Source: Callorhinchus milii
Taxonomy: Eukaryota
NCBI RefSeq assembly: GCF_018977255.1
Contig: NW_024704743.1
Location: forward strand, 4,776,001 to 4,840,000
Direction: 5' to 3'
DNA: 64,000 bases
Position 1 is the stretch's first letter, and each line of letters opens with the position of its first letter. The translations under genes were made by a program, and so were the position numbers. The notes below the pieces were generated by a model. That model saw only the letters and a list, made by a program, of their open reading frames with translations. It made no database searches and had not been told where the DNA came from. Below, piece after piece: positions 37,310 through 50,609 of this stretch.

Positions 37310-38290
37310 AACACCCTTAACATCCTGAGCAAAAATGGGGTCAACTTCCGGATGACACCCAACTCTATCTCTCTGCTTCCACCTGCGTCCTCTCTCCACC
37401 CTCGACTGGTCGACTCCAGGACCCACTGCTGTCCTGACAAAATGTCTGTCAGACATCAAGTCCTGGATGAGAGCTAACTTTCTTCAGTTCAACGTCAACA
37501 AGACCGAGGCCCTCCTGATTGGCTCCCGTCAGCGCCTCCTCACCTCAGGCGCTGACAACATCACCATCCATGGACGCACACTCCAACTCACTGAGCCAGT
37601 CCGGAAACTTGGGGTCTTGTTTGACCCTCAACTGTTCTTTCTCTCCCACTTCTGTGCCATGACCCGCTCTGCAACACCACTGCCTCTCCCTTCAGGCCCG
37701 CGAGATCCTCATTCATGCATTCAACACATCTAGGCTCTACTACGCCAACTCCCTGCTTGTCGGCCTTCCCTATTCTTCCCTCCACAAGCTGCAGATCATC
37801 CAGAACTCTGTGGCTCTTGCCCCCTCCCGCAACAGGCTCCGTGACCCCATCACCCCCACCCTCGCCCGACTCCACTGTCTCCCCATCCCCCAGAGGATAG
37901 AGTTTAAAATCCTCGTCATCGCCTTCAAGGCCCTCCATGGCCTTGCTCCTCCCTACCTCGGTGACCTGCTGACCCTATATCGACCTGTCCACTCCCTCTG
38001 CTCAGCAGACTCGTTCCTGTTTCACGTCCCCCACCTGGCCTACCCCCACCATCAGTGGTCAGGCCTTCAGCCTCTCTGCCCTCATCCTTTGGAACTTCAT
38101 CCCACATTCCCTTCACCTCGCTCCCTCCCTTGTCTCCTTTAAGGCACGTCTCAAGACCCTCCTCATCAACCATGCCTTCGGCCACTCTCCTACCCCTGCC
38201 TTCCCTGCCTTCTCCCCGTTGAACCCAACCCCCAGCTCGGGTCCAAATTCCTGACTGCCCAGTGCCTTGGGACGTCCTCCAGACGTGAAG
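37310..38290 (+). mobile_element. L2 LINE 3' fragment (RT C-terminus plus 3' UTR)
   Basis: Peptide remnants DDTQLY, NFLQFNVNKTEALLIG, LGVLFD and LHCLPIPQRIEFKIL...FKALHGLAPPYL, followed by the hairpin tail. Confidence 0.9.
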
Positions 38291-38437
38291 GGAGATCCTC
38301 CAGGCTTAAAGTGCTCCGGGACGCTACCCTGCCTGTGGGGCGCTATATAAACCCAAGCCGTTATTGTCGTCATTGAAAGCCGCTGTGTGGAACGCGAGGA
38401 TCGTAAGGGTGGTTATATGTGCCGCGTTCCCTTCCAG

Positions 38438-38690
38438 CGCTGTGTTTACCTGGACGAATCTGCTGGTGGTGGTGGTGGAATTGGACGGATCCGAACAAGA
38501 AGCCTTGGACCTGGTTCCTCTGGTGACGAACGTGGTCCTGGAGGAACATTACCTGATCGTGGGAGTGGTGGTGGTGGTGGACGTGGGAGTGATCCCCATC
38601 AACTCCCGCGGAGAGAAACAGCGGATGCATCTGAGGGATGGCTTTTTGGCAGACCAACTCGATCCCATTTACGTGGCTTACAACATGTAG
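38438..38690 (+). CDS. DIP2C: DIP2C terminal coding exon (AVFTWTNLLVVVVELDG...DQLDPIYVAYNM*)
   Basis: ccttccag acceptor. Carries the hallmark DIP2 C-terminus DPIYVAYNM followed by TAG. Confidence 0.97.
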
Positions 38691-41064
38691 CCTCTCGAGG
38701 ACAGACTTCCGCTGACTGTGTGTGTATGTATATATATATACTGTATAAAACAAAAAAAAGATTTTTGGTGTTCACCACAAAATGTGCGGACGAACGAAGA
38801 AGACGACACTTGCTCCACAGAAGGACACTTTCTGCACTACCAAGCACTCCCAACTCGCCACAGAAGATGTGAAACCGCTCCTTCGTTACCACTGACTGAC
38901 GCTTAAAACAGGCAAGGGAACAATTGAGAAGTACACGAGCCCTGAGTCGGGCTTGTTTCTTGCTTGTCAGACGATAAAAAACTGCTTTAAAAAGTAAGTG
39001 TACTTTCTGCGCTCTGTATTTTTAAGTTCTATCAGCTGAAGTCGCTTCTATCCCTTTTTTTAATCTACCCTCCAAGGGGGTGCTTTTTAATGTATTCACG
39101 ACCTGTGGCAAAAGCGAGTATTTTAAGTTGTTGATTCTTGTTGAAAATGGATCCAAAAAAAAAAAAAACCAAGCTGTCGAAAATTGCAGTCGAAGGAACC
39201 TTCTACCTATAATTAACTGACAGGACAGTTTGCCCCAACCTCTCCCCCTCCTCTCTTCTCCTCTCCTCTCCTCTCCCTGCCCCCGTTTTCATATGTGTCT
39301 GGTATTTGATATTAGGAGGTACAAAAGTTACGTTCTCCCTGTCAGCACCTTGGATATGAGTCTGAATTACGGGCTCCTTCTCAAAGCAGGTCTCAGCGAT
39401 CTTGGAAGAGACAGAGAGATGGAGGCTGTTTCTACTGCCCTGACAATGTGGGCGTAGATTGTCGGTGTGGCCTAAAAGGGGGAAATGGGGAGATTGCCCC
39501 CCACCCACCCCACCCCTCCCCCCCAAAAAAGAAAAGGAGATATTTGGTTATGTTTTCACTTGTGTGATGATACCGTTGTACGACGAAAAGGAGAGAGAAA
39601 AAAAATACTGAGTAACTTCATATCATGTAATTATGTACAAAAACAGTTTTAATTTATTTTGTTCTCTTTAGAAGTCTATAAGAGAAGACATCCGAGAATG
39701 TTTTACTCTTTTAAATGTTTGCTAATAATAATAATAATAATAATAATAATGATGATAATAAGAGGCAAATGTGTTGCATTACCTTTTGTGGATTGCTTCA
39801 CGTCAGCACAGTATATAGGAGGTATCGCGACAGATCTATGATTTTACCAACAGGAAGGAAAGTTGGAAGGAAACAAAATGCAGTAGTTCTTTACTCGCAT
39901 GGTGTCCCCCTGTTTTTAACGAACAAAAAAAAAACAAAAAACGGTCAAATTATTCACTCAAAAGTCTGCCTCGAAGGCCCAGCCTCTCGGCCCCATGTGA
40001 GTTGCTGCCGGCTTCGCAAGCCAAACCTTCCCCCAGAAGGTTATCAACCAGGGAAGGTCTGAGGACGTTTTTAAATGCTTGTCAATTACCTGAGGTTAAA
40101 GTGCACTATTTAAAAAAAAATAATAAAAAAATTCAAAATTGTATTGTGCCAGAATGGCTGGTTTTCATTAATAACTTTGTGTTGGCATGTGCACACATAC
40201 ACTAATGTTGTTAGGCTCTCCACATGTGGCAGGTTAAACAGAGTAGATTGTGTGTGTTTGCGCACGTGTGTGAGTGTGCGTGTATGTGTGCGTGTGTGCG
40301 TGAATATTCTTTTCCCCAGATGTGTATAAGCTTAATACCTTAGTGTGACTTAACGTAGAATTCTAAACGGACAGCTATTTATTGACGGCTTTGATCACTT
40401 TTGCTGCTGCTAACTGTGTTTCTGTTTGTTTTCAACGTGAAGCTTTCTACTCGATTTGTCAACGGTTTGGCAAAAGAGAATTCTTTTTAAACCGAACGTT
40501 AATCAAAGTGGTGTCTGAAAATGGAGCTAATTTTTGCCAGTACGACACACGCCACTTTGAAACTCTACGTTTAAAAATGGAAGGGTGTAAGAAACCAGTA
40601 ACAAGAATAAGTGTTGATTTTTCTACAGTTTACATTTTTGCTGAAAAAAAACCCATTGAAACGTATCAGATTTTTACAAAAATTTCTGTTCCTGCCATAT
40701 ATATGAAGACTACTTTTTTCTGCATAACTTGTTATGACCCGATATGCACACAGACGCATAATATAAGATATGTATCACCTCTCGTCTGCTCCAGGAGGGT
40801 GTACGTTAATGTTGGAATAATAATTCTACTGCATTAGAACCAGTGGGTCGTGCAATTGACTGTCGAGAGATGCTGTTTGACCCTGTCAAAAGAGTTGAGT
40901 GGCATCTGACTTCCCTGTTTCCCCCCCCCACCCACTACCCCACCCACAACCCCACTTTGTCCAACTCCGCGCCCCCTGTCCACCTTCAAGCACCTCTCTC
41001 CCACACGCACTCACTACACCCTTGACAGAACTCGCCCGGTTACCGCGATGACCAACACAAGGAA

Positions 41065-41165
41065 AATAGGAACAGGAGAAGGCCATTCAGCCCTTTGCGG
41101 CCTGTTCCGCCATTCTATAAGATCATGGCTGATGGAATGGCGATGATCAACCCCAAACCTGCACT
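41065..41165 (-). mobile_element. CR1 3'-tail fragment inside the inferred DIP2C 3' UTR
   Basis: ataggaacaggagaaggccattcagccc...cctgttccgccattc is the reverse complement of the CR1 tail at about 14750-14805. Confidence 0.75.
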
Positions 41166-41953
41166 CTTCTGGGGACTGAACCCTGGGGCTCCCCCTCAAC
41201 GCTGCATATTTGTCCGATTAATGGGAACTAAGAGAGAGAGAGAGAGAGACGTCCGGTTAATGAATAAGGAAGTAAAGTGGAATTACAGAGCACTCACTGG
41301 TTGTCGCGCTGTTGATTTTTTTTATCAGGCCCAAACCTTTTCAAACTAACACAATCAGGCGAAGTGTCGGCGTAAGATTGACGTAATAATTTCCGATCGC
41401 ATTTGTTGCATCCTCTGCTGCCTGCCATATGTAAAGAGAGTCTAACATTTACTACTTGTAGTAAACTAGGTTTCTTGTTTCGTCGTGGGAGTGGAAGAAG
41501 CAACCAGACTCAGCAATAAAGAAGGCTTGTCCTGTATTAGAAATCTTACCATGCGTTAGAATGTATAAAAACTGTCTGTCTTGTGATCTCGTGCTTTGAA
41601 GTGAAACAAAAAAAAAAGAATTCCCGTATAATCGAACTTGATGCACATGCACAGAATTGGGAAAGGGATGTGAAGATCAGACAACGTCAAAAACAAGGGA
41701 TCAGATTCCTCACGGTGCTTGTTATTATATTAATCCTGCTTGACACTTTACCCAAGGGAAAACTGTCCCTTTTATCAGTTGAATGTTAGCAGCATTGAGT
41801 CGTATTATAGTCTGGTGACTGGTAGAGAATTTCATGTACTCAACCAATCACAGTGGATTTTCCTGTGCAAAGGACAGCAATCTTTCTTGTATGTTAAATC
41901 ACCAGTACGCTTTGTACATCTGTGATAACGCCTGTTTTATATTCAAATGAACA

Positions 41954-41959
41954 AATAAA
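41954..41959 (+). terminator. Probable DIP2C polyadenylation signal AATAAA
   Basis: acaAATAAAagcttttatttttgttg context. Confidence 0.6.
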
Positions 41960-44900
41960 AGCTTTTATTTTTGTTGCTCTGAAGATACCTCATCTTGCTG
42001 CTGTTTTCATTCAACAGTGCGAACAGATTAGCCTGATGTCGTATCGCTTGTTGGCTTAGCGCGATTGGTACAGTACGATCTGCAAGATTGGACCAAGATA
42101 ATTTCCCCAAAGGTTCAGTGTTTCATTGCCCCTGTGCGTAACTAATAGGAGAAGATGACAACACTGCTGGGTTTAATTACTTGTTGCCATGATAACTAAA
42201 AGATAGGATTCGTGTCTGCGATTTTCGAAACACTTGAGACATGAGACGATTCATTAAACTTTGATACTAACGCAAATAACTTAATCGCTCTTGAATGTGG
42301 TAATCGATCCGTTTAAACCTACGCGACTATTTTGGGCTCCATTTCCCAGGGGCGTTTTAAAAATCCTAATCCTTTCTCGTTTGATATTAGCGCTTTTCAC
42401 ATCGGGAGGGTTTCTCAAAGCGCTTTGTGGGATACAAACATTTTTTTGTGTCGCGCCCCCTTCAGGGCTCGTTGTCGCGGCCGAGCCACCATTTGTGATT
42501 CCAATAACCTTTCCATTTGATGTAGCACTTTTTATCACGATTCAAAGCGCTTCACGGGATATACTGTAAAGTGAATTTGATTGTGTAATTTGTGGGTGAA
42601 ACCGGCAGTAGCCAGTTTGCGCACAGCAATGTCCCACGAACAGCCACGAGGTGAGCGACCAGTTTTATGTGTGGGACCTTGGTTTAAAGTCTCATCTGAA
42701 GGACGGCACCTCTGACAACGCAACACCCTCACAGTCAGCTTAGACTTCGTGATTCCAAGTCCCGACATTGCTCGGGTCCAAATCTCTGACCGTCCAGCGC
42801 CCTGGGATGTCCTCCCGAACGTGAAAGGCGCTTTACAAATGTAATTTGGTATATTGTGTTGTATTTTGATCAGAGCTGAGCAATTCCATACTGGACGCAT
42901 CATCTTTATTCTCAATGGTGTACAGCCAGGCTACACACAGGATAGTTCCTCCCACCTGACTGCTCCGAGATGCTATCCTGCCTGACGGGCCCTAGACAAA
43001 AGCGAGTTTGTTGCTCATATTTCAGACAAACACATTAAAGTAAAACCACGGGGTGTTTTGGAACACCAATGGTCTTAAACGCCAATTTATTAGCTTTATT
43101 TTGCGGCTTTGTTATTTGCTTTGCATTTGTGTTGTGGAATGTAAATGCTCATACCATAGTTTGCGTGACAGAATTTGTTGATGGGCATTGTGAATGTCAG
43201 GACTTTGAACTCGTAATCGAGGCTGATGGGGAAGTGTCGCATTCTCAGAGGTCCTGTCCTTCAAATGAGATGTTAAACCCAGGTCCTAGCTGCCTATTCA
43301 AGCGGACGTTAAAGATCCATGACACGATTCAAAAAGAGAAGGGAGTTTCTCCCAGCGTCCGGGCTAACAGTCCCCCACAAAAAAATTGGTCATTTACTTC
43401 ATGGCTGTCTTTGGGACATCACCACACACAAATTGATAACTGAGTTTTCCCCATGAAATACACAACCAATTCACAGTAAATCCTGTGAAGTGCTTTGAGG
43501 AGATTTTGATGATGTGATAAGGCACTACACCAAATGCCAGGGTTATTAGTCTTATTTTTTTTACATTTCAGTTATAATCTGACTCAGGAATACCTGGAAA
43601 ATCTCAGATTGGCGTGAGAGAAGATGCTCTTTGGAGGCTGCATAAGAACATAAGGCGGAAGACTAAGGTCCATCCAGTTTGCCTTCTGGCCATCCTGGCA
43701 GTGGTGTGACATGTCCTGTCCCAAACTATATGTTATGTTCTGAAATATTATTTACTTACGGAAATCTATCTGATTTATTCTTGAAAGAATCGACACTTTC
43801 TGTTTCACTACTCGCTCACTGAAGTAGTGCTTCCGCAGATTTGTTCTGAATTTACCCGCCTTCAATCGCAGGCTAATTTATCAGAAATTAAGTTAAAGTT
43901 AAGTGTTTTAACTGCAGTTAAGGTACGGTTTGGCGCCGAGTTGAGGGATGTTTGTTTCTCTATCCAAACCTGTGTTAAAGGAGATGTGGACCTCCTTGGC
44001 ACTCAAGCATTGGTTGCTGAAAGTGATGAAGTGTTCCATTTCCCAGTGCTAACATCCCTCACCTGGAAACATAGCAGCAGAGAAGGGAGGTCATTCAGTC
44101 AAACAAGTCCATACCGGTTCAGAGAGCAAGATTCATTCAATTCCATTGCCCACTTTATCCCCAAACCCCTTCAAGCCCCTCTCTCTTTCATACATACCTT
44201 TCTACTTCCCTCTTGACATCCACAAACCACCGCCTCCACTATCCAACAACTCTCTGGTTGAAAAAATTCCTTGAGCAAACCTTTCCATTCAAAAAAAATC
44301 GAAGGTCACTCACTCCCTGAACGAAAAATGTACTGCGCGTGGATTTTTCTTGCAAGACTAAATTTGGGGCATAATATTAAAACCTCGTTAACGGACAATT
44401 GAATATACTCAACCGGAAATTCCTTTGGGATCTGGTCAACTCCCCAATTAACTCGCATCCTCTTAATGGGAGTTTTTATTCCAGAGGAACATTTATTCAA
44501 AGGAGAATTTTTGACCTGCATATTTTTATTAGAGGCTCACAGGGAGTGTCAGAGAGTGTTAGACTCGATTCGTTATCCGACCAACCAATCGGTAATCTTA
44601 TGTCTTTTTTTTCATTGAGAAACACAAGTGAAGGGACCAGCATCAGGACGCCTCTAAAAGAAAGTGGAGAATATGGGGGGTTAAGTGATGCCTGTGTATG
44701 ATGGTGGATGGCGGACAGTGGGGGTGACGGTCTGTTGTGTCTCTGTGTGAGGAAGGGAATGTCACCAGAGGCTCTTTCTATAGCTGTGAAGCGTGAGGGC
44801 TGGGGGCTCAGTGTCAAGCTGTGTGGCCTGGGAGGGTATGGGGGAAGTCGGTCTTTAGCTGTGTATCCAGGGGAAGAGAGGGGCAGAGGTGGGAGAGCAT

Positions 44901-46823
44901 TGTTTCCAGTGCTGGTCTTGGCGTAGTCGACTGTTTGAGCAGCTCAGCCGTACTGTGTGATGTACAATTGACTACGAGAGCCTCGGGCTCTCCCACTCAT
45001 CATTCTGTCCACAGCAGCCGGTCAGAAATCCAACCTGTTGGAACGTGGAGCGGGTTAGGAGCTGAGAGGCAGGGAGTTAACCAAACTGATTGATAAATTG
45101 GTAAGAACACGGAACGTGCCCTCGGTGAGACGTATTCTCATTCGAGGATTCATTTTGATGTGAAGGGTTGTCGCCCCCAAACCCCCACCTCTTCCCCCTC
45201 CCCCTCCCACCCCTTTTTTAATGTACAGGGTGTCCACAAAGTCCTGTTACCCCCTGTTACAAAACAGTCATATGAGACAACGGAGGAGTAGAAACAAGCC
45301 GTCAGAGATGCATTTCTCCACGTCACGCCAGTCCATCGTGTTACAGAAGATGTTGCAGTGAACATGGCGACGGATCATTATCTAAATGATGCTCTGGATG
45401 TCTAAACACAGTTGAACACCTGTGCTGAGTACAATTGAGTACTTCTAGATACAATTAATGACCCATTGACCCTCTGACTCAGAGGCGAGAGGGCTACCGA
45501 CTGGGCCAGGTTGACACACGCATTTAATCCCACCATTCAACAAAAATTCCGCAATAACAATTTGTGGACAGCCTCCCCCTTTCACCTTGTTTGTGAGCAT
45601 CCAAACCAAATTGAATGTGCCGCATTTTAAATGGGGGGGGAAAAAAAACTGTCGGTGTATGTAAGAAAGACTCGGACTGTGGTAACTTGTTTTCGCTGGC
45701 AGGGTTCCCAGCCAGCAAAGCAAGGGATCTGTTATTTGTGTTTAACTACAGGGTGTCCACAAAGTCCTGTTACTCCCATATTGTTGGCCTACAGTACACT
45801 GACTAACAACTGAAACATGTGGAAGAATGACGTGATACATCAAATATAAGGAGTATTCTTATTATTATGGGTTCAAACTCCACATCGGGATTTGAGCTCA
45901 CATAATAGTCCTTGCATTTGATATAGCGCCTTATCACGTTTTCGCCTGATCACGTAGTCTGGATTGACAATCCAGCGCAGGGCTGACTGTCTGACACAAT
46001 GTTAAAGAGACGTTAAACAGTTAAACCGAGGTCCCGCCCGCCTGCTCGAGTGGACATCAAGGATCCCATGACACCGATTGAAATGAGAAGAGAAATTCTC
46101 TCGGAGAATTATAGCCCACAATTCCTCCAGATATAATCAGTTGTTTACTTCGTGGCTGTTTGTGAGGCATCGCTGTGCGCAAATTGGCTGCTGAATTTTA
46201 CTTACAAACAGTCACGTTCCCTTCGGTTAAATTCTGCGAAGTGCCAAGAAATGTGAAAAGGTGCGAAACCTACTCCAAGGAATTATCATCGTCACAAATT
46301 GGATGGCTTGATGCGAAAACATGTTTAGCAAAAGACACCACAGCCCGAATGGAATGCTTTCTGCGCTGTAACGTACTATTGCTCGAAAAGGTTCTTTTTT
46401 TTAAAATAAAGAAATCATCCTAATTAATTTAGTGCCCGGTGTGCGGCACGTTTAGCTACGTGAACGTACGTGCCCGACAGCGTGTAGAATTTTATCAACT
46501 CCCTCGAGATTTAAAAAAAATCATTGGTCATCATCACTTCATGGCTGTTTGTGGGATAAATGCTGCGTGCAAACTGGCTGTCACGTTCTCCTACAAAATA
46601 CACGGTTACAACACATCACCGTAAAATTCTCTTATAGAAAAATACATTTCAACAAGTGTGGTCGCTCAATCCACGACTGTTTGTGGGACGCCGCTGTGCG
46701 CAATTGGGCCTTTTCGCTTGCGCGTTTCGGCCACAAAATAGTCGATTCTCTCTCCGGTATATTCTGCGAAACTCTTTTGAGGTGTTTCAATGTGATAAGC
46801 TGCTGTATCAAATTATTATTATT

Positions 46824-46962
46824 AAAAACAGAAGTTGGCTGGGAACGCTCAGCGGGTCGGGCAGCATCTATGGAGAAAGGAAAGTGAGTCAACGTTTCGG
46901 GTCCACGACCCTTCGTCAGAACGGTCTCAGATTTCCAGGACCTGCAGTGGTTTTGCGTTTTT
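46824..46962 (-). mobile_element. Small Penelope-like non-autonomous element carrying a hammerhead motif
   Basis: gctgggaacgctcagcgggtcgggcagcatctatggag...aacgtttcgggtc arrangement with loosely inverted ends. Family assignment is from memory. Confidence 0.65.
46888..46922 (-). ncRNA. Minimal type I hammerhead ribozyme motif
   Basis: Minus strand reads guu CUGACGA A GGGUC gug GACCC GAAA C GUU gac: catalytic boxes, 5-bp stem II, AACGUU palindromic stem III and a 3-bp stem I. Confidence 0.7.
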
Positions 46963-48177
46963 ATTGTTATTAAAATCCTGCGAAGCGCTTTCGAGACATC
47001 TTGACGAGCTGATGAGGCACCAAATCCAATGTCGGGATTGTTATTTATTGCACGACTGTGAGATTTTTCGGCGTTTTCGAGCTGGTGCTTTATCGCAGAG
47101 TCCTCCGGGAAAGGTCCTGCTGCTGGGTTCGATAGTAACACGATAGAAACAATAGTTACGTAACCGCAGGCCCGAGTTCCTCTCCCAATTGCTGTCAGCC
47201 GTAGAACATCGTGAACGCCATGTGCTCACAGAGGGCGCTCCCGAGATTTGGGCTGTTTGCCTGTTTTCTGGAACATTTTTTTGAGCTGGTGGGGGGGGGG
47301 GGGGGAAGGGATTCTTATTGTTATCCCTGAATGCAGTGGTTATGTACCTCAACATTAAATTCTTTTGACCGGATAGTGCAGCAGTGGTGGAGCTTTCCAC
47401 TTGTACTGGCGCAGCAGCTCATAGCAATTGCGTAATCATTAACTTTCCTTCCTTTTGTGTGTGGATTTCTACTCTTTTTTTTCTCGAGCCTGACGTTCTC
47501 CGACACGCCTGTGTGCGCTGCGCGCGTGGGGTCGCAGCTTTGTTCTCTCTCTTCGCTATCGAGTCTAATTTTGATGCACTGAGACAGGAGATCAAGAGGC
47601 CGTGCGTTATAGTTCCAAAGGACCGTTTCAGGGCAGGCACCCGGAAATGTTTCCTTGTCCAGAGGGTAATCGGAAAAGGTTGCCAGGTGTTGTCAGATCG
47701 ATTTCGAGATCCTCATTCGTTTTCAAATCCCTCCACTCCTCTGCAACACCCCCCACCCACCCACCTCTCTGACCTCCTCGCTCCTCACAACAGTGCCCGT
47801 TGCCTCCACTCCGCCGGGTCTGGCTGGTGGTCTCATGAACATTTTGAGTCAGGTCAACGGAGTTCATATATTTTTAAGTTCAATTTGTATATCTGATATT
47901 TTAGATGTATTTATTGGTATGAGAGTAACCTGAAATGATTGTTCTGCACACCGAAACACGGGCACTTGATTCACGCGGTGCCTTACGAGCTCAAGAAACC
48001 TAGGTGAAGCCCCAACACAAGTCGGGCAGGACAAAGCCAAGGTTGAAAAGCTTTGGAAAGATTAATCAGAATTTTGGACAAAGTTAGCACTTGGAACTCA
48101 TAAAGTCTACGATGACAATCCAGTGAGATGCTGGGGGAGTGCAATGCTCTTGGAGGTACAGTCCTTTAGGTGAGATG

Positions 48178-48513
48178 TTATAATAATAATAATAATAATA
48201 ATAATCCTTGCATTTGATATTGCGCTTTTCACGTCGGGAGGACGTCCCAAAGCGCTTCACAGAACACACTGTAAAGTGAATTGACTGTATATTTGTGGGC
48301 GAACGCGGCAGCCAATTGCGCACAGCAATGTCCCACAAACAGTCATATGGATTGAAAATGACCAATTTATTATTGTTTTTGGTTTTGGAGGGATTATTAT
48401 TAGGCTCTGTGTGGAGTAAGGAAACTTGCCCAAGGTTTCGCCCTCTGCCTGGAATTGAACTCAGGTCTCTCGCTTGCAAAGCGAGTGCTCTAACCACTGA
48501 GCTACAGGACTCC
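48178..48513 (-). mobile_element. Full-length young tRNA-derived SINE
   Basis: Reverse-complement near-copy of 3534-3870. Confidence 0.9.
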
Positions 48514-50609
48514 ACTCTGTCAAACTCTAAATGCAAGGATTATTACAATACACCCCGCTACATCAAATATCCAAGATTGAGAGGTAAGGAGTTCTACGGT
48601 TGCGAGGTCTTGGAAAGAATGAATTAGAGTTGTCGATGGTTTGATATCGGATAACAAACATATTGGCTGGACCATATGGTACCTCGTAATTGAAGCTTAC
48701 GAGGAACAAAAGGGGAAAGTTCAGAGAAGCAATGATATTGTAACATCATACACGCACTTGAACGACGCTTAACAAATGTAAAATTGTTGCTTGTTGGACT
48801 GGAGATAGGTTGCCATAGACCAACTATCAGATGTGTTATCCTTTTTTAAGTTCTTCACCGCTTAGAAAAGTGCCTCAACCCCAGGCTGCCCAGGTATAAG
48901 AGCAGACATCGGCTTGACAGAGCATTAAAAATTGTTGATATAAACGTTGTTGAGAGTCCTGTAGGGTATTTGTTAGAGCGCTCGCCTCGCAAACGATAGG
49001 ACCTGGGTTCGATTCCCGGGGAGGGCGAAAATGAGGCAAGTTTCCTTACTCCACACGCCTGTTTACCCAGCAGTAAATAGCCACCAGGGTGTTAAGTCGA
49101 TTGGCGGATTACTTTACCAGGGGTAATAATCCCTTCAAAAAATAATAATTTGGCACTCGATCCACTATTATAACAGCTCCCAGCAGCACACTTCCAGTTA
49201 ATCCTTTTAAAAAATAATCCTGTAGATCATGGGTGTTCATGAGTTGGTGAAGGGTTATTACAGATGTGGTGTTCTGCTTAGTGCGTTCCACATATAGTTA
49301 ACACACAAGGATTACACTTAAGGGCTATTTCTGGGTGTTTGGTCCCCAGCGTGGGTATTGCACACTTAAAAAAAAAACCTCAACAACCGCGGCCATTGTT
49401 GTACAATGCTGGAACACGAGGCAATCTGACGCAGCCAGACCAGCAGCGTCCGTACACGGCAGACGCCTGGGTGATGAACAGATGACGAACGTTTGCGACA
49501 GTACCACAAAACATGTACAGAGCGATAATCGCTGTTAATTGCTGGGAAATAACAGTCAGCGTGTCCTGAAACTCATTACCCCGTTCCGAGCTCGAGGCAA
49601 TTCCAATCTCCCCGGAGTCTGCCATTCCTTAAAGCAGCGCGATGCTGAAACAAAGACTATTACATTAACATTGTGGCTAAATATCAGCAGTACAATTATT
49701 ACTGCCGTCAAAGAAAATCTAAATCAATCCAAATAAGCATTTTTTTTTAATTTATCTTTTAAAATTCTAGTGACTTACTCCCAACCTCTTTTCATTTCAT
49801 CTCTCAGCTTTGGCTCATCGCTTATTGTTCCGGCAAAGAAGATTATTTTCCCTCCTGTTTAAATTCCATTCTCGATTCTAATTTGTTAGCAAAACAAAAT
49901 ATTTCGAATACTTCTCTCGTCAAAAGACTTTACTGAGCGCTGGCGGAGGTGGCAGCGTTCTAGTTTCACACGTCATACCTGTGCCTCACATTTACTGGGG
50001 AAAACTTGGGAGGTAAATCCATCCGATATTACACAGTTCAAGCAGTTAACAGGACTGCTTTAAGAAAATTAAATTGGAATAGAAGCCAAAGGTTGATCCT
50101 AATTACTGTACATGTATAAACATAGCATTTATTAGGGTGTCAGACTAATTTTAATTTCACAAACTGACTGGACCGTGCCTTCGGTCACCTTCCTCCCCAC
50201 CACCCCCTTGCCCTCCACCCTCCCCGACCCCCAGCTCGGGTCAGAAAGACTGATTGCCCAGCGCCTTGGGACTTCTTCCCGATGTGAAAAGCGTGATACA
50301 AATGTGGCGCTCCACAAATTCTGTTGTTGTTGTAAAAACTGATCCGCTTTTGGCTTGTTTTAGCCAAAATGGCCCGAGTGACGATGCCAGAGTCCAAACT
50401 TTGCACAACTGTCCTAGAAAGGGGGTAAGCAGCGTTCTATAGAATTAGAACCAAATTACAGCCATTTGGCCTAACTAGTCTCTGCTGATATTTATACTTC
50501 ACACTAGTCTCCACCCCCTTCCTTCTACTATTGCCCCTCTATTCCCTTGACTCACACTATGGGTTTGTAGCAGATACATAACATATATAAGATTTACTTA
50601 GAACAAAAC

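Larger units (their letters stand above)
38691..41980 (+). other. DIP2C: DIP2C 3' UTR (about 3.3 kb, end inferred)
   Basis: Repeat-poor AU-rich sequence after the stop codon, ending at AATAAA 41954-41959 with TGTA upstream and a U-rich tract downstream. SINE density resumes afterwards. Confidence 0.6.

Noticed and set aside
38370..38892. Overlapping and antisense ORFs across the last DIP2C exon
   Set aside because: Shadow frames caused by GTG-rich valine codons.
42000..50500. Intergenic ORFs (e.g. 46632..47141, 47384..47896, 48084..48536)
   Set aside because: They run through SINE, L2 or CR1 fragments or lack recognisable homology.
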